64,000 nucleotides of DNA from Pseudomonadota bacterium (GCA_041169755.1 JBEEIS010000135.1:8439-72438), one strand, 5' to 3'. Shown: positions 51,208 to 62,936, counted from the stretch's first letter. The notes: generated by a model not told the origin, from the sequence alone. Made by a program: numbers and translations.

Positions 51208-52389
51208 ATGGATTTGGCTTTTACCCCTGAAGAACAGTCCTTCCGCGAGACCGTACGCGCGTGGGTCGGAGAGAACCTGCCGCAGGACATCGCACACAAG
51301 GTCCACCACAACCTGCACCTCACGCGCGAGGACATGCAGCGCTGGGCGCGCATTCTGGGCAAGAAGGGCTGGCTGGGGTACGGCTGGCCCCAGTCCTTCG
51401 GTGGGCCCGGCTGGAACGCGGTGCAGAGGCACCTGTTTGAGGAGGAGTGCGCGCTGGCCGGTGCGCCGCGCATCGTGCCCTTCGGCCCGGTGATGGTGGC
51501 GCCAGTGATCATGGCCTTCGGCTCGCCCGAGCAGCAACAGCGCTTCCTGCCCGGCATCGCCTCGGGTGAGGTATGGTGGAGTCAGGGCTACAGCGAACCC
51601 GGATCGGGCTCGGATCTGGCGTCCCTGAAGACCCGCGCCGAGCGCGTGGGCGACAAGTACATCGTCAACGGCCAGAAGACCTGGACCACCCTGGGCCAGT
51701 ACGGCGACTGGATCTTCTGCCTGGTACGCACCGATAGCTCGGGCAAGCCGCAGACCGGCATCTCCTTCCTGTTGATCGACATGAAGTCGCCGGGCATTCA
51801 GGTGCGACCCATCATCATGCTCGATGGCGGCCACGAGGTGAACGAGGTGTGGTTCGACAACGTGGAAGTGCCGGCGCAGAACCTGGTGGGCGAAGAGAAC
51901 AAGGGCTGGACCTACGCCAAGTACCTGCTGTCGCACGAGCGCACCAACATCGCCGACGTGAACCGCGCCAAGCGCGAACTTGAACGCCTCAAGCGCATCG
52001 CTCGGGCCGAGGGTGTCTGGGACGACACGCGCTTTCGGGACGAAATCGCGAAGCTGGAAGTGGACATCGTCGCCCTGGAGATGATGGTGCTGCGTGTGCT
52101 CTCGGCAGAAAAATTGGGCAAGAACTCGCTGGATATCGCCGGCCTGCTCAAGATTCGCGGCAGCGAGATCCAGCAGCGCTATTGCGAACTCATGATGCTG
52201 GCAGCTGGCCCCTACGCCCTGCCCTTCATCCGCGAGGCAATGGAGGCTGGCTGGCAGGGCGACTTCCCCGGCGGCGCCACCGGACTGGCTCCCCTGGCAG
52301 CCACCTACTTCAACATGCGCAAGACCACGATCTACGGCGGCTCCAACGAGGTGCAACGCAATATCGTGGCCCAAACGGTGCTCGGTTGA
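51208..52389 (+). CDS. Acyl-CoA dehydrogenase (PimC-like)
   Basis: WSQGYSEPGSGSDLASL, NGQKTWTT, TIYGGSNEVQR. Confidence 0.93.
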   Translation: MDLAFTPEEQSFRETVRAWVGENLPQDIAHKVHHNLHLTREDMQRWARILGKKGWLGYGWPQSFGGPGWNAVQRHLFEEECALAGAPRIVPFGPVMVAPVIMAFGSPEQQQRFLPGIASGEVWWSQGYSEPGSGSDLASLKTRAERVGDKYIVNGQKTWTTLGQYGDWIFCLVRTDSSGKPQTGISFLLIDMKSPGIQVRPIIMLDGGHEVNEVWFDNVEVPAQNLVGEENKGWTYAKYLLSHERTNIADVNRAKRELERLKRIARAEGVWDDTRFRDEIAKLEVDIVALEMMVLRVLSAEKLGKNSLDIAGLLKIRGSEIQQRYCELMMLAAGPYALPFIREAMEAGWQGDFPGGATGLAPLAATYFNMRKTTIYGGSNEVQRNIVAQTVLG

Positions 52390-52420
52390 TCCGGGTGGAA
52401 CGCATCAACAGGATCTGAAC

Positions 52421-53536
52421 ATGGACTTCGATTTCTCCGACGACCAGGAACAACTGCGCGACGCGGTACGTAAGTGGGTGGATCGCAGCTACGGCTTTGA
52501 ACGCCGTCGTGCCGCGGTGCGCGCGGGCGGCTTCGACATCGCGGCCTACCGAGAACTGGCCGAACTGGGCCTGACCGGCTTGTACATCCCAGAAGTCCAT
52601 GGCGGCATGGGCATGGGCCCGGTCGAGGGCATGGTGGTGATGGAGGAACTCGGGCGCGGGATGGTGCTCGAGCCCCTGGGCCAGACCCTCATCGCCGGTG
52701 GCGTGATCGCGGGCTACGCGCCGCAAGCGGTGCAGGCGCAGTGGCTGCCCCGCATCGCGAGCGGCGAAGCGCTGGTGGTCCTCGCCCACCAGGAGCGCTC
52801 GGCGCGCTGGCATCTGGATCGTTGCGAAGCCCGGGCTGCCAAGGCCGGTGATGGCTGGCGCGTTAGCGGCACCAAGAGCATCGTGCCGGCAGGTGACCAG
52901 GCCGACGCTTTCCTGGTGCCCGCGATGGCCGACGGCGCGATGGCGCTGTGGCTGGTCGAACGCCAGGCCCCGGGTGTCACCACGCGCGCCTACGTCACTC
53001 AAGACGGGAGCCGCGCCGCCGAGGTCGTACTGGCTGACGCGCCCGCGGTGCTGCTCACGCGCGAAGGCCTGGTCGCCCTGGAGCACGCGGTGGATATCGG
53101 CATCGCCGCCGTGTGCGCGGAGGGCGTGGGTGTGATGGACAAAACCATGGAGCTCACCGCCGGCTACCTGAACACGCGCAAGCAGTTCGGCGTGCCCATC
53201 GCCAGCTTCCAGGCCCTGCGCCATCGCATGGCGGACATGAAGATGCAGCAGGAGCTCGGTCGCTCCATGAGCTACTACGCCAGCCTGAAGCTGAACGCAC
53301 CGCCCGAGGAACGCCGCATGGCACTGGCGCGAGCCAAGTACCAGCTGGGGGTGGCAATGCGCTTCGTCGGCCAGAACGCGGTGCAATTGCACGGGGGCAT
53401 CGCGGTGACCGATGAATACATCGGCAGCCACTATTTCAAGAAACTCACCCAGCTCGAATTGAGCTTCGGCGACAGCCTGCACCATTTGGGCGAGGTGTCG
53501 GCGCGGATGAAGGAGACGGCGGGGGTGTTTGCATAG
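52421..53536 (+). CDS. Acyl-CoA dehydrogenase (PimD-like partner)
   Basis: RKQFGVPIASFQALRHRMAD, VQLHGGIAVTDE. Confidence 0.92.
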   Translation: MDFDFSDDQEQLRDAVRKWVDRSYGFERRRAAVRAGGFDIAAYRELAELGLTGLYIPEVHGGMGMGPVEGMVVMEELGRGMVLEPLGQTLIAGGVIAGYAPQAVQAQWLPRIASGEALVVLAHQERSARWHLDRCEARAAKAGDGWRVSGTKSIVPAGDQADAFLVPAMADGAMALWLVERQAPGVTTRAYVTQDGSRAAEVVLADAPAVLLTREGLVALEHAVDIGIAAVCAEGVGVMDKTMELTAGYLNTRKQFGVPIASFQALRHRMADMKMQQELGRSMSYYASLKLNAPPEERRMALARAKYQLGVAMRFVGQNAVQLHGGIAVTDEYIGSHYFKKLTQLELSFGDSLHHLGEVSARMKETAGVFA

Positions 53537-53543
53537 CTTTCCT

Positions 53544-53610
53544 CCCCCCGAAGCGGCCTGCGGCCGCCTCCCCCAGGGGGCGCCGCCAGCGGCTCGGTTC
53601 CGCGGCGGCC
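53544..53610. repeat. GC-rich REP-like intergenic element
   Basis: CCCCCCGAAGCGGCCTGCGGCCGC...CCCCCAGGGGG..., palindromic segments between convergent genes. Confidence 0.3.
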
Positions 53611-53622
53611 CACGACCAGGTT

Positions 53623-54180
53623 TCAGGCGTACAGGCGTGAGGTCCGTGGCAGGTGCGCCATCAGGAACTCCATCTGGTCGGCCAGGATGCGTCGGTTACG
53701 CAGGATGAAGTCTTCCCAGAGGCTGGGAACATAGGGCGCATACAGCAGGGGCATGTTGGCCTGCTCGGGGGTACGGCTGCTTTTGCGGTGGTTGCAGGCA
53801 CGGCAGGCTGTGACGACGTTCATCCAGTGGTCGCGGCCGTTCTGCGCGAAGGGGATGATGTGCTCGCGCGTGAGTTCAGTTTCGTGGTGCTGGCGGCCGC
53901 AGTAGGCGCAGGTGTTGCGATCGCGGGCGAAAAGCTTTCCATTGGTCAGGCCCGGCTTGAGGTCAAAGGGGTTGACGTTGGGAACGCCCTTGGTGCCGAT
54001 GATGCTGCTCACGGCGATGACCGATTGCTCGCCGGTGACGGCGTTGTGGCCACCGCGAAAAACCGCCACCTCCGCACCCACTTCCCACCGGACCTGGTCG
54101 GCGGCGTAATGCAGCACGGCCTGCTCGAGAGAAATCCAGGACTGCGGCAGGCCCTGGGCAGACAGCTTCAACACCTTCAA
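53623..54180 (-). CDS. HNH endonuclease (McrA-like)
   Basis: RDRNTCAYCG...TREHIIP...NVVTACRACNHRK. Confidence 0.9.
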   Translation of the reverse strand: MKVLKLSAQGLPQSWISLEQAVLHYAADQVRWEVGAEVAVFRGGHNAVTGEQSVIAVSSIIGTKGVPNVNPFDLKPGLTNGKLFARDRNTCAYCGRQHHETELTREHIIPFAQNGRDHWMNVVTACRACNHRKSSRTPEQANMPLLYAPYVPSLWEDFILRNRRILADQMEFLMAHLPRTSRLYA

Positions 54181-54310
54181 GAGTGACCTCCTTGAACGAC
54201 GCGAATCACTGAACAAGTTAGCCCTCACAATATAACCTCTTTCAATGACCTGAAACCGCCTGCGGGGCCCGACGCAGCACGCTATTCAAACGACATGCAC
54301 CCATCGCGCG

Positions 54311-55333
54311 ATGAAGATCTTTCGCGGCTTTAACCATCCGGACATCGCACCGGCCTGCGCCCTGACCATCGGCAACTTCGATGGCGTGCACCGGGGTCAC
54401 CAGGCCATGCTGGCCCTCTTGAACAACGAGGCCCGCCACCGCAGGGTGCCCAGTTGCGTGCTGACCTTCGAGCCGCATCCGCGCGACTACTTCGCCGGCG
54501 CGCTGCGCAAGCCCGAACTGGCGCCCGCGCGCATCGCCACCTTGCGAGACAAGCTGACCGAACTGGCGGCCTGCGGCGTGGACCAGTGCGTGGTGATGCC
54601 TTTCGACGCCCGCCTGTCCGGCCAGCAGCCGCAGGACTTCATCCACCAGGTGCTGGTGCGCGGGCTGGGCGCGCGCTACGTGCTGGTAGGCGACGACTTT
54701 CGCTTCGGCGCGAAGCGCGCGGGCGACTACGCGATGCTGGATGCGGCCGGGACGGCTGGCGGCTTCGACGTGGCGCGCATGAATAGCTACGAGGTGCACA
54801 CCCTGCGCGTGTCCAGTTCCGCGGTACGCGAGGCTCTGGCCCGAGGCGACATGCAGGCCGCCGCCACCCTGCTCGGGCGCCCCTACAGCATCAGCGGCCA
54901 TGTGGTGCACGGACGCAAGCTCGGGCGTGAACTGGGCCGCGGACCCGAGCGGGCTGAGGGCTTTCGCACCTTGAACCTGCGCTTTTCGCACTGGAAACCC
55001 GCCGCCAGCGGGATCTTCGCGGTGCAGGTGCACGGGCTGGACGCGAGGCCCCTGGCGGGGGTGGCCAACCTGGGCATTCGCCCCTCGCTGGACCCGGACG
55101 ACGTCAATGGCGGGCGGGTGCTGCTGGAAACCCATTGCCTGGACTGGCCGGCCCACCTCGGGCGCGAGGGGGCCTACGGTAAAATCATCCGGGTGGACCT
55201 GCTGCACAAACTGCACGACGAGCTGAAGTACGAGAGCCTCGAGGCCCTCACGGCCGGCATCGCACGCGACTGCGATGCGGCCCGCGCCTTCTTCGCATCC
55301 ACCCGCCGCCAGACCACGCGCGATCGAATTTAA
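54311..55333 (+). CDS. ribF: Bifunctional riboflavin kinase/FAD synthetase
   Basis: [36 protein letters not shown]. Confidence 0.97.
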   Translation: MKIFRGFNHPDIAPACALTIGNFDGVHRGHQAMLALLNNEARHRRVPSCVLTFEPHPRDYFAGALRKPELAPARIATLRDKLTELAACGVDQCVVMPFDARLSGQQPQDFIHQVLVRGLGARYVLVGDDFRFGAKRAGDYAMLDAAGTAGGFDVARMNSYEVHTLRVSSSAVREALARGDMQAAATLLGRPYSISGHVVHGRKLGRELGRGPERAEGFRTLNLRFSHWKPAASGIFAVQVHGLDARPLAGVANLGIRPSLDPDDVNGGRVLLETHCLDWPAHLGREGAYGKIIRVDLLHKLHDELKYESLEALTAGIARDCDAARAFFASTRRQTTRDRI

Positions 55334-55356
55334 CGGCCTGGCAACCGTTCGCTGCC

Positions 55357-55443
55357 CCTCGACAGGCTCAGGGCGGACGGCTGCAAGATCCCGCCGCCAG
55401 TGCGCCCGCCCTCCCCGTCCCGTTCGGGCTGAGCTTGTCGAAG
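55357..55443. repeat. REP-like inverted repeat pair in the ileS leader
   Basis: CCTCGACAGGCTCAGGGCGGACGG (55357-55380) and CCGTTCGGGCTGAGCTTGTCGAAG (55420-55443) are imperfect reverse complements. Confidence 0.6.
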
Positions 55444-55461
55444 CCCCCGAAACGCAACGCC

Positions 55462-58320
55462 ATGTCCGACCCGAAGAACACCGCCCCGGCGACCGATTAC
55501 CGCGCCACGCTGAATCTGCCCGACACGCCCTTCCCCATGCGGGGCGACCTGCCCAAGCGCGAGCCGGGCTGGGTGGCCGAGTGGGAAGACAAGGGCCTGT
55601 ACAAGCGCCTGCGCGAAGCCCGCTGCGGCCACGAGAAGTTCGTGCTGCACGACGGCCCGCCCTATGCCAACGGGCAGATCCACATGGGACACGCGGTCAA
55701 CAAGATCCTCAAGGACATGATCGTCAAGTCGCGTCAGCTCAAAGGACTGGATGCAGCCTATATCCCGGGCTGGGACTGCCACGGCCTGCCGATCGAGAAC
55801 GCGATCGAAAAGAAGCACGGTCGCAACCTGCCGCGCGACGAGATGCAGGCCAAGAGCCGCGCTTTCGCCACCGAGCAGATCGGCCTGCAAATGGCCGACT
55901 TCAAGCGACTGGGTGTGCTGGGCGACTGGGACCACCCCTACCAAACCATGACGCCGCGCAACGAGGCTGACGAGATCCGTGCCTTCAAGCGCGTGATGGA
56001 GCGCGGCTTCGTGTACCGGGGGCTCAAGCCTGTGTACTGGTGCTTCGACTGCGGTTCGTCCCTGGCCGAATTCGAGATCGAATACGCCGACAAGAAATCA
56101 CAGACGCTGGACGTGGGCTTCGAGAGCGACAACCCGGCCCAGCTGGCGGCGGCCTTCGGCCTCCCGGCGCTGACCAAGCCAGCGTATGCCGTGATCTGGA
56201 CCACCACCGCCTGGACGCTGCCCGCCAACCAGGCCCTGAACCTGAACCCCGAAATCGTCTACGCGATGGTGGATACCCCGCGCGGTTTGATCGTGGTGGC
56301 CGAGTCGCTGGTGGAGAAATGCCTGGCCCGCTACGCCCTGGAGGGCCAGGTGCTGGCCACCACCCCCGGCGAGAAACTGGGCGGCCTGAACTTTCGCCAT
56401 CCCCTGCACGATGTGGACCCGGCCTATCGGCGTCTGTCGCCCGTCTACCTGGCCGACTACGCCACCGCCGACGATGGCACCGGCATCGTGCACTCCTCGC
56501 CGGCTTATGGCGTGGAGGACTTCAACAGCTGCGTCGCGAATGGTGTCACCTACGACGACATCCTCAACCCGGTGCTGGGGCACGGCAGCTACACGCCCGA
56601 CCTGGCCCTCTTTGGCGGGCAGAACATCTGGAAGGCCGCGCCGGTGGTGATCGAGACCCTGCGCGAAGCCGGGCGCCTGTTCGCCACCGAGACCATCACC
56701 CACAGCTACCCGCATTGCTGGCGCCACAAGTCACCGGTGATCTACCGCGCCGCGGCGCAGTGGTTCATCCGCATGGACGAAGGCGAGGGCGTGTTCACGA
56801 AGGACAAGGCGCCCGCCACGCTGCGCCAGATGGCCCTGGCGGCCATCGAGCAGACGCAGTTCTATCCGGAAAACGGCAAAGCCCGCCTGCGCGACATGAT
56901 CGCGGGACGCCCCGACTGGTGCATCTCGCGCCAGCGTAGCTGGGGCGTTCCCCTGCCCTTCTTCCTGCACAGGGACTCGGGCGAGCTGCACCCCCGAACG
57001 CCCGAGATCCTGGACATCGCGGCGCAGCTGGTGGAAGCCGGCGGTATCGAGGCCTGGTCCAAGGCCGCTACCGAGGACATCCTGGCCAAGGTGGGCGCAG
57101 GCGCCGACGCGCCAAGCTACACCAAGAGCACCGACATCCTGGAGGTGTGGTTCGACTCTGGCACCACGCACACCACCGTCCTCAAGGGATCGCACGCCGG
57201 CAGCGGCCACGAGAGCGGACCGGAGGCCGATCTCTACCTCGAAGGCCACGACCAGCATCGCGGCTGGTTCCACAGCTCGCTGCTCACGGCCTGCGCGATG
57301 TACGGGCGCGCGCCTTACCGGGGCCTGCTCACGCACGGCTTCACCGTGGACAGCCAAGGCCGCAAGATGTCCAAGTCGCTCGGAAACGGCGTGGATCCGC
57401 AAAAGACCAGCGAGAAGCTCGGCGCCGAGATCATCCGACTGTGGGTGGCCGCTTCCGACTATTCGGGCGACATCGCGGGCGACGACAAGATCCTGGCCCG
57501 CGTAGTGGATGCCTACCGCCGCATCCGCAATACCCTGCGCTTCCTGCTCGCAAACGTGAGCGACTTCGACCCCGCGAAGGACGCCCTGCCGCTGTCCGAG
57601 ATGCTGGAGATCGACCGCTACGCCATGAGCCGCGCAGCGCAGTTCCAGGCCGAGGTGCTGGCCCACTATGAGGTGTACGAGTTCCACCCAGTAGTGGCCA
57701 AGCTGCAGGTGTATTGCTCGGAGGACCTGGGTGCGTTCTACCTGGACATCCTGAAGGACCGCCTCTACACCACCGGCCCGAAGTCGCACGCGAGGCGTAG
57801 CGCGCAGACTGCGCTGTGGAACATCACGCATGCGATGCTGCGCTGGATGGCGCCCTTTCTCAGCTTCACCGCCGAAGAGGCGTGGAAGCTGTTTGGCACC
57901 TCCGACTCGATCTTCTTCGAGACCTATGCCGAAATCGGCGGTGCCGACGAGGCACTGCTGGCGAAGTGGAACCGCATCCGCGAGATCCGCGATGTCGCAA
58001 ACAAGGAGGTCGAGGCCCTGCGCGAGAAAGGTGAAGTGGGTTCATCCCTCCAGGCCGACCTCACTCTGGTCGCGCCATCCGCCGACCACGCCCTTCTGGC
58101 GAGTCTGGGCGAGGATCTGAAGTTTGTGTTCATTACCTCGGCGATTGCACTGCAGGCCGGCGATGCGCTGGCGGTGAAGGCCACATCCTCGCAGGCCGTG
58201 AAGTGCGAGCGTTGCTGGCACTGGCGCGACGACGTGGGCCGCGACGCCGCCCACCCGACGATCTGCGGGCGCTGCACGTCCAACCTGTACGGCGCGGGCG
58301 AGACCCGGGCCCACGCCTGA
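55462..58320 (+). CDS. ileS: Isoleucine--tRNA ligase
   Basis: [29 protein letters not shown]-terminal CERCW...CGRC zinc finger. Confidence 0.98.
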   Translation: MSDPKNTAPATDYRATLNLPDTPFPMRGDLPKREPGWVAEWEDKGLYKRLREARCGHEKFVLHDGPPYANGQIHMGHAVNKILKDMIVKSRQLKGLDAAYIPGWDCHGLPIENAIEKKHGRNLPRDEMQAKSRAFATEQIGLQMADFKRLGVLGDWDHPYQTMTPRNEADEIRAFKRVMERGFVYRGLKPVYWCFDCGSSLAEFEIEYADKKSQTLDVGFESDNPAQLAAAFGLPALTKPAYAVIWTTTAWTLPANQALNLNPEIVYAMVDTPRGLIVVAESLVEKCLARYALEGQVLATTPGEKLGGLNFRHPLHDVDPAYRRLSPVYLADYATADDGTGIVHSSPAYGVEDFNSCVANGVTYDDILNPVLGHGSYTPDLALFGGQNIWKAAPVVIETLREAGRLFATETITHSYPHCWRHKSPVIYRAAAQWFIRMDEGEGVFTKDKAPATLRQMALAAIEQTQFYPENGKARLRDMIAGRPDWCISRQRSWGVPLPFFLHRDSGELHPRTPEILDIAAQLVEAGGIEAWSKAATEDILAKVGAGADAPSYTKSTDILEVWFDSGTTHTTVLKGSHAGSGHESGPEADLYLEGHDQHRGWFHSSLLTACAMYGRAPYRGLLTHGFTVDSQGRKMSKSLGNGVDPQKTSEKLGAEIIRLWVAASDYSGDIAGDDKILARVVDAYRRIRNTLRFLLANVSDFDPAKDALPLSEMLEIDRYAMSRAAQFQAEVLAHYEVYEFHPVVAKLQVYCSEDLGAFYLDILKDRLYTTGPKSHARRSAQTALWNITHAMLRWMAPFLSFTAEEAWKLFGTSDSIFFETYAEIGGADEALLAKWNRIREIRDVANKEVEALREKGEVGSSLQADLTLVAPSADHALLASLGEDLKFVFITSAIALQAGDALAVKATSSQAVKCERCWHWRDDVGRDAAHPTICGRCTSNLYGAGETRAHA

Positions 58321-58814
58321 TGACCCGCTCGGGCGCAGCGCGTGGCGGCATGCTGCCTTGGCTAGGGCTGGCCCTGCTGCTGTTCCTGGCCGACCAGTTC
58401 ACCAAGCTCCTGATCCTGGGCGCCTATGAACTGGGCGATTCGACTTACGTCACGTCGTTCTTCAACATCGTGCGGGTGCACAACACGGGCGCAGCCTTTT
58501 CCTTCCTGGCCTCGGCCTCGGGCTGGCAGCGGTGGTTCTTCACTGCGCTGGGCATCGGCGCTGCGCTTTTCATCGTGTGGCTACTGCGCTCGCACCATCA
58601 GCAGCGCCTGTTCGCGTTCTCGATGACCTGCCTGCTCGGGGGAGCGGTGGGCAATGTGGTCGATCGCCTGCTGCATGGCTACGTGATCGACTTCGTGCAG
58701 CTGCACTACGCGGGATGGGCGTTTCCCGCCTTCAACGTAGCCGATGCGGCGATCACGGCCGGCGCCATCGGCATGATCCTGGACGAACTGCGGCGGGTAC
58801 GGCGCGGGCGCTGA
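58320..58814 (+). CDS. lspA: Lipoprotein signal peptidase
   Basis: [31 protein letters not shown]. Confidence 0.97.
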   Translation: MTRSGAARGGMLPWLGLALLLFLADQFTKLLILGAYELGDSTYVTSFFNIVRVHNTGAAFSFLASASGWQRWFFTALGIGAALFIVWLLRSHHQQRLFAFSMTCLLGGAVGNVVDRLLHGYVIDFVQLHYAGWAFPAFNVADAAITAGAIGMILDELRRVRRGR

Positions 58815-58836
58815 AAGAGCAGCGCCCGCACGTGGA

Positions 58837-59820
58837 TCAAGGCAGCAAGATGGTGCAGCCCGTGGTCTTGCGCGCTTCCAGGTCGCGATGGGCCTGGGCC
58901 ACCTGGGCGAGCGGGTAGCGCTGGTCGATGCGGATCTTGACCGCGCCGCTGGCCACCACCGAGAACAGGTCGTCGGCCATGGCCTGGGTGGTCTCGCGCG
59001 TGGCGATGTGGGAGAACAGCGTCTGGCGCGTGACATAGATCGAACCCTTGGGCCCCAGCATGCCGGGCGCAAAGGGCGGCACCGGACCCGAGGCGTTGCC
59101 GAAAGACGCCATCAGGCCAAAGGGTCGCAGGCAGTCCAGCGATTTGTCCCAGGTGTCCTTGCCCACCGAGTCGTAAACGACCTTCACGCCCTGTCCGCCG
59201 GTGATCTCCTTGACGCGTGCGGCGAAGTCCTCGCGCTGGTAGTTGATCACGTGGGCTGCGCCCATCGACTTGGCCAGCGCGCATTTCTCGTCGCTGCCTG
59301 CGGTGCCAATCAGCTGCAAGCCCAGATGCTTGGCCCACTGTGTGGCGATCAGGCCCACGCCACCTGCTACGGCGTGAAAGAGCACGAAGTCACCGCGCGC
59401 GAGGCCCTCTTGGGGCAGTACGCGCTTGAGCAGGTATTGGGCGGTCAGGCCCTTGAGCATCATGGCGGCGCCGGTCTCGAAGTCGATTACATCGGGCAAT
59501 TTGCACACGCACTTGGCGGGCATCACGCGGGCCTGGCTGTAGGCGCCCGGGGGGTGGCTGGCGTAGGCGGCGCGGTCACCCGCCTTCAAGTGGGTGACGC
59601 CCTCGCCCACCGCTTCAACGATACCGGCGCCTTCCATGCCCAGGGTGGCAGGCAGGGACATCGGGTACAGGCCGGTGCGCTGGTAGACGTCGATGAAGTT
59701 CAGGCCGACGGCGTGGTGGCGGATGCGGATCTCGCCGGGACCGGGCTGGCCGACCTCGACATCCACCAGTTCCATCTGCTCGGGGCCACCGTGCTGGCGC
59801 AGGCGTATCGCTTGGATCAT
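58837..59820 (-). CDS. qor: NADPH:quinone oxidoreductase (zeta-crystallin family)
   Basis: GLNFIDVYQRTG, AVAGGVG, VVYDSVGKDT, RKTTGCTIL. Confidence 0.92.
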   Translation of the reverse strand: MIQAIRLRQHGGPEQMELVDVEVGQPGPGEIRIRHHAVGLNFIDVYQRTGLYPMSLPATLGMEGAGIVEAVGEGVTHLKAGDRAAYASHPPGAYSQARVMPAKCVCKLPDVIDFETGAAMMLKGLTAQYLLKRVLPQEGLARGDFVLFHAVAGGVGLIATQWAKHLGLQLIGTAGSDEKCALAKSMGAAHVINYQREDFAARVKEITGGQGVKVVYDSVGKDTWDKSLDCLRPFGLMASFGNASGPVPPFAPGMLGPKGSIYVTRQTLFSHIATRETTQAMADDLFSVVASGAVKIRIDQRYPLAQVAQAHRDLEARKTTGCTILLP

Positions 59821-59926
59821 GTCTGTCTCCTGATTCTCGAAGCGGCTGATCCTGCCATGAATCGAACCAGCCTGCCGGCCCGCCCCCAGAGAGCCGGTGG
59901 CGCAGTGGGCTACAGTGCGCCTTCCC

Positions 59927-60838
59927 ATGAATTCCCCCCTCACCCTGCGCACGGCCGCTGTCCTCTTGGTGCCGCCCCTGATGTGGGCAGGCAATGCGGT
60001 CGTGGGCCGCCTGGTGGCCCCGCTGGTGCCGCCCCTCACGCTCAATTTCCTGCGTTGGGCCATCGCATTCCTGATGCTGCTGCCCCTGGCCGCCTGGGTG
60101 CTGCGGCCCGGCGCGCCGCTGTGGACGCACTGGCGCCGATACACCTTGCTGGGCCTTCTGAGCGTGGGGGTCTACAACGCCATGCAGTACCTCGCGCTGC
60201 GCACTTCCACGCCCATGAACGTGACGCTGGTGGGTGCCAGCATGCCGGCCTTTACGCTGTTGCTGGGGGTGATGTTCTTTCGCCAGGCTCTGGCTGCGCG
60301 CGCACTGCTCGGGGCTACGCTGTCGATCGTGGGCGTGCTGGTGGTGCTCTCGCATGGCGATCTGTGGCGGTTGGCGCAGGTGCGCTTCGTGCCGGGCGAC
60401 CTGTACATGCTGGTGGCCACCGGCCTGTGGGCCTGGTACAGCTGGCTCCTGACACGCGCGAGCGAAGATCCGGCGGGCCTGCGCGCCGACTGGGCCGCCT
60501 TCCTGATGGTGCAGATGGCACCTGGGCTGGCCTGGGCCGGCCTGTTCGCGGGCGCTGAATGGATGATGGCCGACCCACCTGCCATCCAGTGGGGCGGTCC
60601 TCTAGCGGCCGCCCTGGCCTTCGTAGCCATCGGCCCCGCCGTCCTGGCCTACCGGGCCTGGGGCCTGGGCGTACAGCGCGTAGGACCGGCGATCGCCGGA
60701 ATCTTCAGCAATCTCACGCCGCTGTTTGCGGCATTGATGTCGGCCGCCTTCCTGGGCGAGCCGCCGCAGGTGCATCACATCGTGGCCTTCGGCCTGATCG
60801 TCAGCGGCATCGTCGTGTCGTCGCGCCAGGGGCGCTGA
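59927..60838 (+). CDS. DMT/EamA family transporter
   Basis: Ten hydrophobic segments, WAGNAVVGR, NLTPLFA. Confidence 0.9.
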   Translation: MNSPLTLRTAAVLLVPPLMWAGNAVVGRLVAPLVPPLTLNFLRWAIAFLMLLPLAAWVLRPGAPLWTHWRRYTLLGLLSVGVYNAMQYLALRTSTPMNVTLVGASMPAFTLLLGVMFFRQALAARALLGATLSIVGVLVVLSHGDLWRLAQVRFVPGDLYMLVATGLWAWYSWLLTRASEDPAGLRADWAAFLMVQMAPGLAWAGLFAGAEWMMADPPAIQWGGPLAAALAFVAIGPAVLAYRAWGLGVQRVGPAIAGIFSNLTPLFAALMSAAFLGEPPQVHHIVAFGLIVSGIVVSSRQGR

Positions 60839-60919
60839 CCCGGCCCGCCCCGCTGACTTCGGCGATTGCCGCGCCGACCTCATGCGAATACCATTGTTTT
60901 ACTTTTTGGGAGAAAAACA

Positions 60920-62110
60920 ATGCGCAAATTGCTTGTGGGTGTGTGGCTGGCCGCCCTGAGCCTGGCCGCTGCGGCCCAACCCGCACAGACCCCGGTCCGC
61001 ATCGGAGTGATCGGACCCTTCAGCGGCGGATCATCCGACTTCGGTCTGCCCATGCTGCATGGCGTCGAGCTGGCGGTCGAGGAAATCAACGCTGTGGGCG
61101 GTTATCTGGGTCGACCCATCGAGCTCGTGATCAAGGACGACAAGGCCGACCCACCCACCGGCCTGGCCCAGGCCCGCGCGCTGGCCAATGAGCGGGTAGC
61201 GGCCACGATCGGTTTTTGCAACACCGGCGTGGCGATGGCAGCCCTGGACATCTTCCAGCAGCAACGGATACCCCTGATCGTGCCCTGCGCCGCCGGCAGC
61301 CCGGTGACGGCACGCTTCCCGGCCCGTGAAAGCTACGTCTTTCGAACCTCGGCGCGTGATGGCTTACAGGCGGACTTCGTGGTCGCCGACCTGGTCAAAC
61401 GCGGATGGACACGGGTCGCGATCTTCGCCGACACCTCGGGCTATGGCGAGGCGGGCCTGGGCGATGTGCGCAAGGCACTGGCCGCACGCCAGCTCGAGCC
61501 TGTTCACGTGGCGCGCTTCGCGTTGGGCACCCAGGACATGACTGAATCGCTCAAGGCGGCTCGCGCCGCCGGGGCGAACGTGATCTTCAGCTACACGGTG
61601 GGCAAGGAGAACGCCGCGATCGCGCTCGGACGGCAGGCGCTGCGCTGGAACGTGCCACAGGTTGGCGGCTGGCCGCTGTCGTTTCCCTTCTTCATCGAGG
61701 GCGCGCGCGAAGCGGCCGAGGGGGCGCTGATGGCGCAGACCTTCATCGCCGAGCCGAGCAACGAACGCCGTGCGGCCTTCCTCTCGGCGTATGCACGCAA
61801 GTTCAAGGTGCGCAAGATCCCGGTCCCCATGGCGGCGGCGCAGGCCTATGACACGACCTACCTGCTGCTGTATGCCCTGTTCGGGATCCGCAACGGCGAA
61901 TTGGCCGGACCCGCGATCAAACAGGCCCTGGAGAACATGCAGCGCCCTTACTACGGCGTGGTCTCCACCTACGAACGCCCCTTCAGCGCGCAGGACAAGG
62001 ACGCGGTCAGCGCCAACATGCTGGTGATGGGGCAGGTCAAGAACGGCGCAGTGACCTTCGCCTACCCCGAGGACGCGCGACGCAACCTGATCGTGCAGCG
62101 CAAGCAGTGA
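60920..62110 (+). CDS. ABC transporter substrate-binding protein (LivJ/K-like)
   Basis: Signal peptide, RIGVIGPFSG, EEINAVGGYLGRPIELVIKDD, AAQAYD. Confidence 0.9.
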   Translation: MRKLLVGVWLAALSLAAAAQPAQTPVRIGVIGPFSGGSSDFGLPMLHGVELAVEEINAVGGYLGRPIELVIKDDKADPPTGLAQARALANERVAATIGFCNTGVAMAALDIFQQQRIPLIVPCAAGSPVTARFPARESYVFRTSARDGLQADFVVADLVKRGWTRVAIFADTSGYGEAGLGDVRKALAARQLEPVHVARFALGTQDMTESLKAARAAGANVIFSYTVGKENAAIALGRQALRWNVPQVGGWPLSFPFFIEGAREAAEGALMAQTFIAEPSNERRAAFLSAYARKFKVRKIPVPMAAAQAYDTTYLLLYALFGIRNGELAGPAIKQALENMQRPYYGVVSTYERPFSAQDKDAVSANMLVMGQVKNGAVTFAYPEDARRNLIVQRKQ

Positions 62111-62138
62111 GCGGGCAGCCCGTGCGCCAGACGCGCAC

Positions 62139-62936
62139 TCAGTACGTGCCCGGGTAGGCGCCGCCGTCGATCAACACGTTTTGCGCGGTGATGTAGCTGG
62201 CGTGCACGCTGCACAGGAAGGCGCAAGTGGCACCGAATTCGTCCGGGTGACCGAAGCGCTGAGCTGGAATGCCTTTGCGGCGCGCCTCGGTCACGGCCTC
62301 CAGGGGCTGGCCGGTCTTCTTCGCAGCGCCTTCCAGCGTGCCCTTGAGGCGATCGGTGTCAAAGGCCCCCGGCAGCAGGTTGTTGATCGTGACATTGGCA
62401 GCGGCCAGGCGCTGTGCCCGCGCCGCGCCCGCTACGAAGCCGGTCAGGCCGCTGCGTGCGCCGTTGGACAACCCCAGGATGTCGATCGGTGCCTTCACTG
62501 CGCTGGAGGTGATGTTCACGATGCGCCCGAAACCGCGCGAAGCCATGCCGTCCACCGTGGCCTTGATCAACTCGATGGGCGTGAGCATGTTGGCATCCAC
62601 CGCCTTGATCCAGGCCTCGCGGTCCCAGTCGCGGAAGTCGCCGGGCGGCGGGCCGCCGGCGTTGGTCACGACGATGTCGTAGTCGGCATGCGCCGCGAAG
62701 GCGGCGGCGCGGCCCTCGGGCGTGGTGATGTCGGCTGCCACTGTCAGCACCTGCGTGCCGGCCGGTAGCGCAGCTTCGGCGCGCAGAGCCGCAGCGGCCT
62801 GCTCCAGGGCCTGCCCGCCACGCGCCACCATGACCAGGTGCACGCCTTCCAAGGCCAGGGCACGCGCGCAGCCCAGGCCCAATCCCTTGCTGGCCCCGCA
62901 AACGAGCGCCCAGCGGTTCTTGATTCCCATGTCCAT
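62139..62936 (-). CDS. Short-chain dehydrogenase/reductase
   Basis: VCGASKGLG, VTNAGGPP, SNGARSGL, VLIDGG. Confidence 0.92.
   Translation of the reverse strand: MDMGIKNRWALVCGASKGLGLGCARALALEGVHLVMVARGGQALEQAAAALRAEAALPAGTQVLTVAADITTPEGRAAAFAAHADYDIVVTNAGGPPPGDFRDWDREAWIKAVDANMLTPIELIKATVDGMASRGFGRIVNITSSAVKAPIDILGLSNGARSGLTGFVAGAARAQRLAAANVTINNLLPGAFDTDRLKGTLEGAAKKTGQPLEAVTEARRKGIPAQRFGHPDEFGATCAFLCSVHASYITAQNVLIDGGAYPGTY

Noticed and set aside
53623-54180. Solo HNH endonuclease as a possible defence system
   Set aside because: No methylase, immunity or other defence genes nearby; it sits among housekeeping genes next to ribF.
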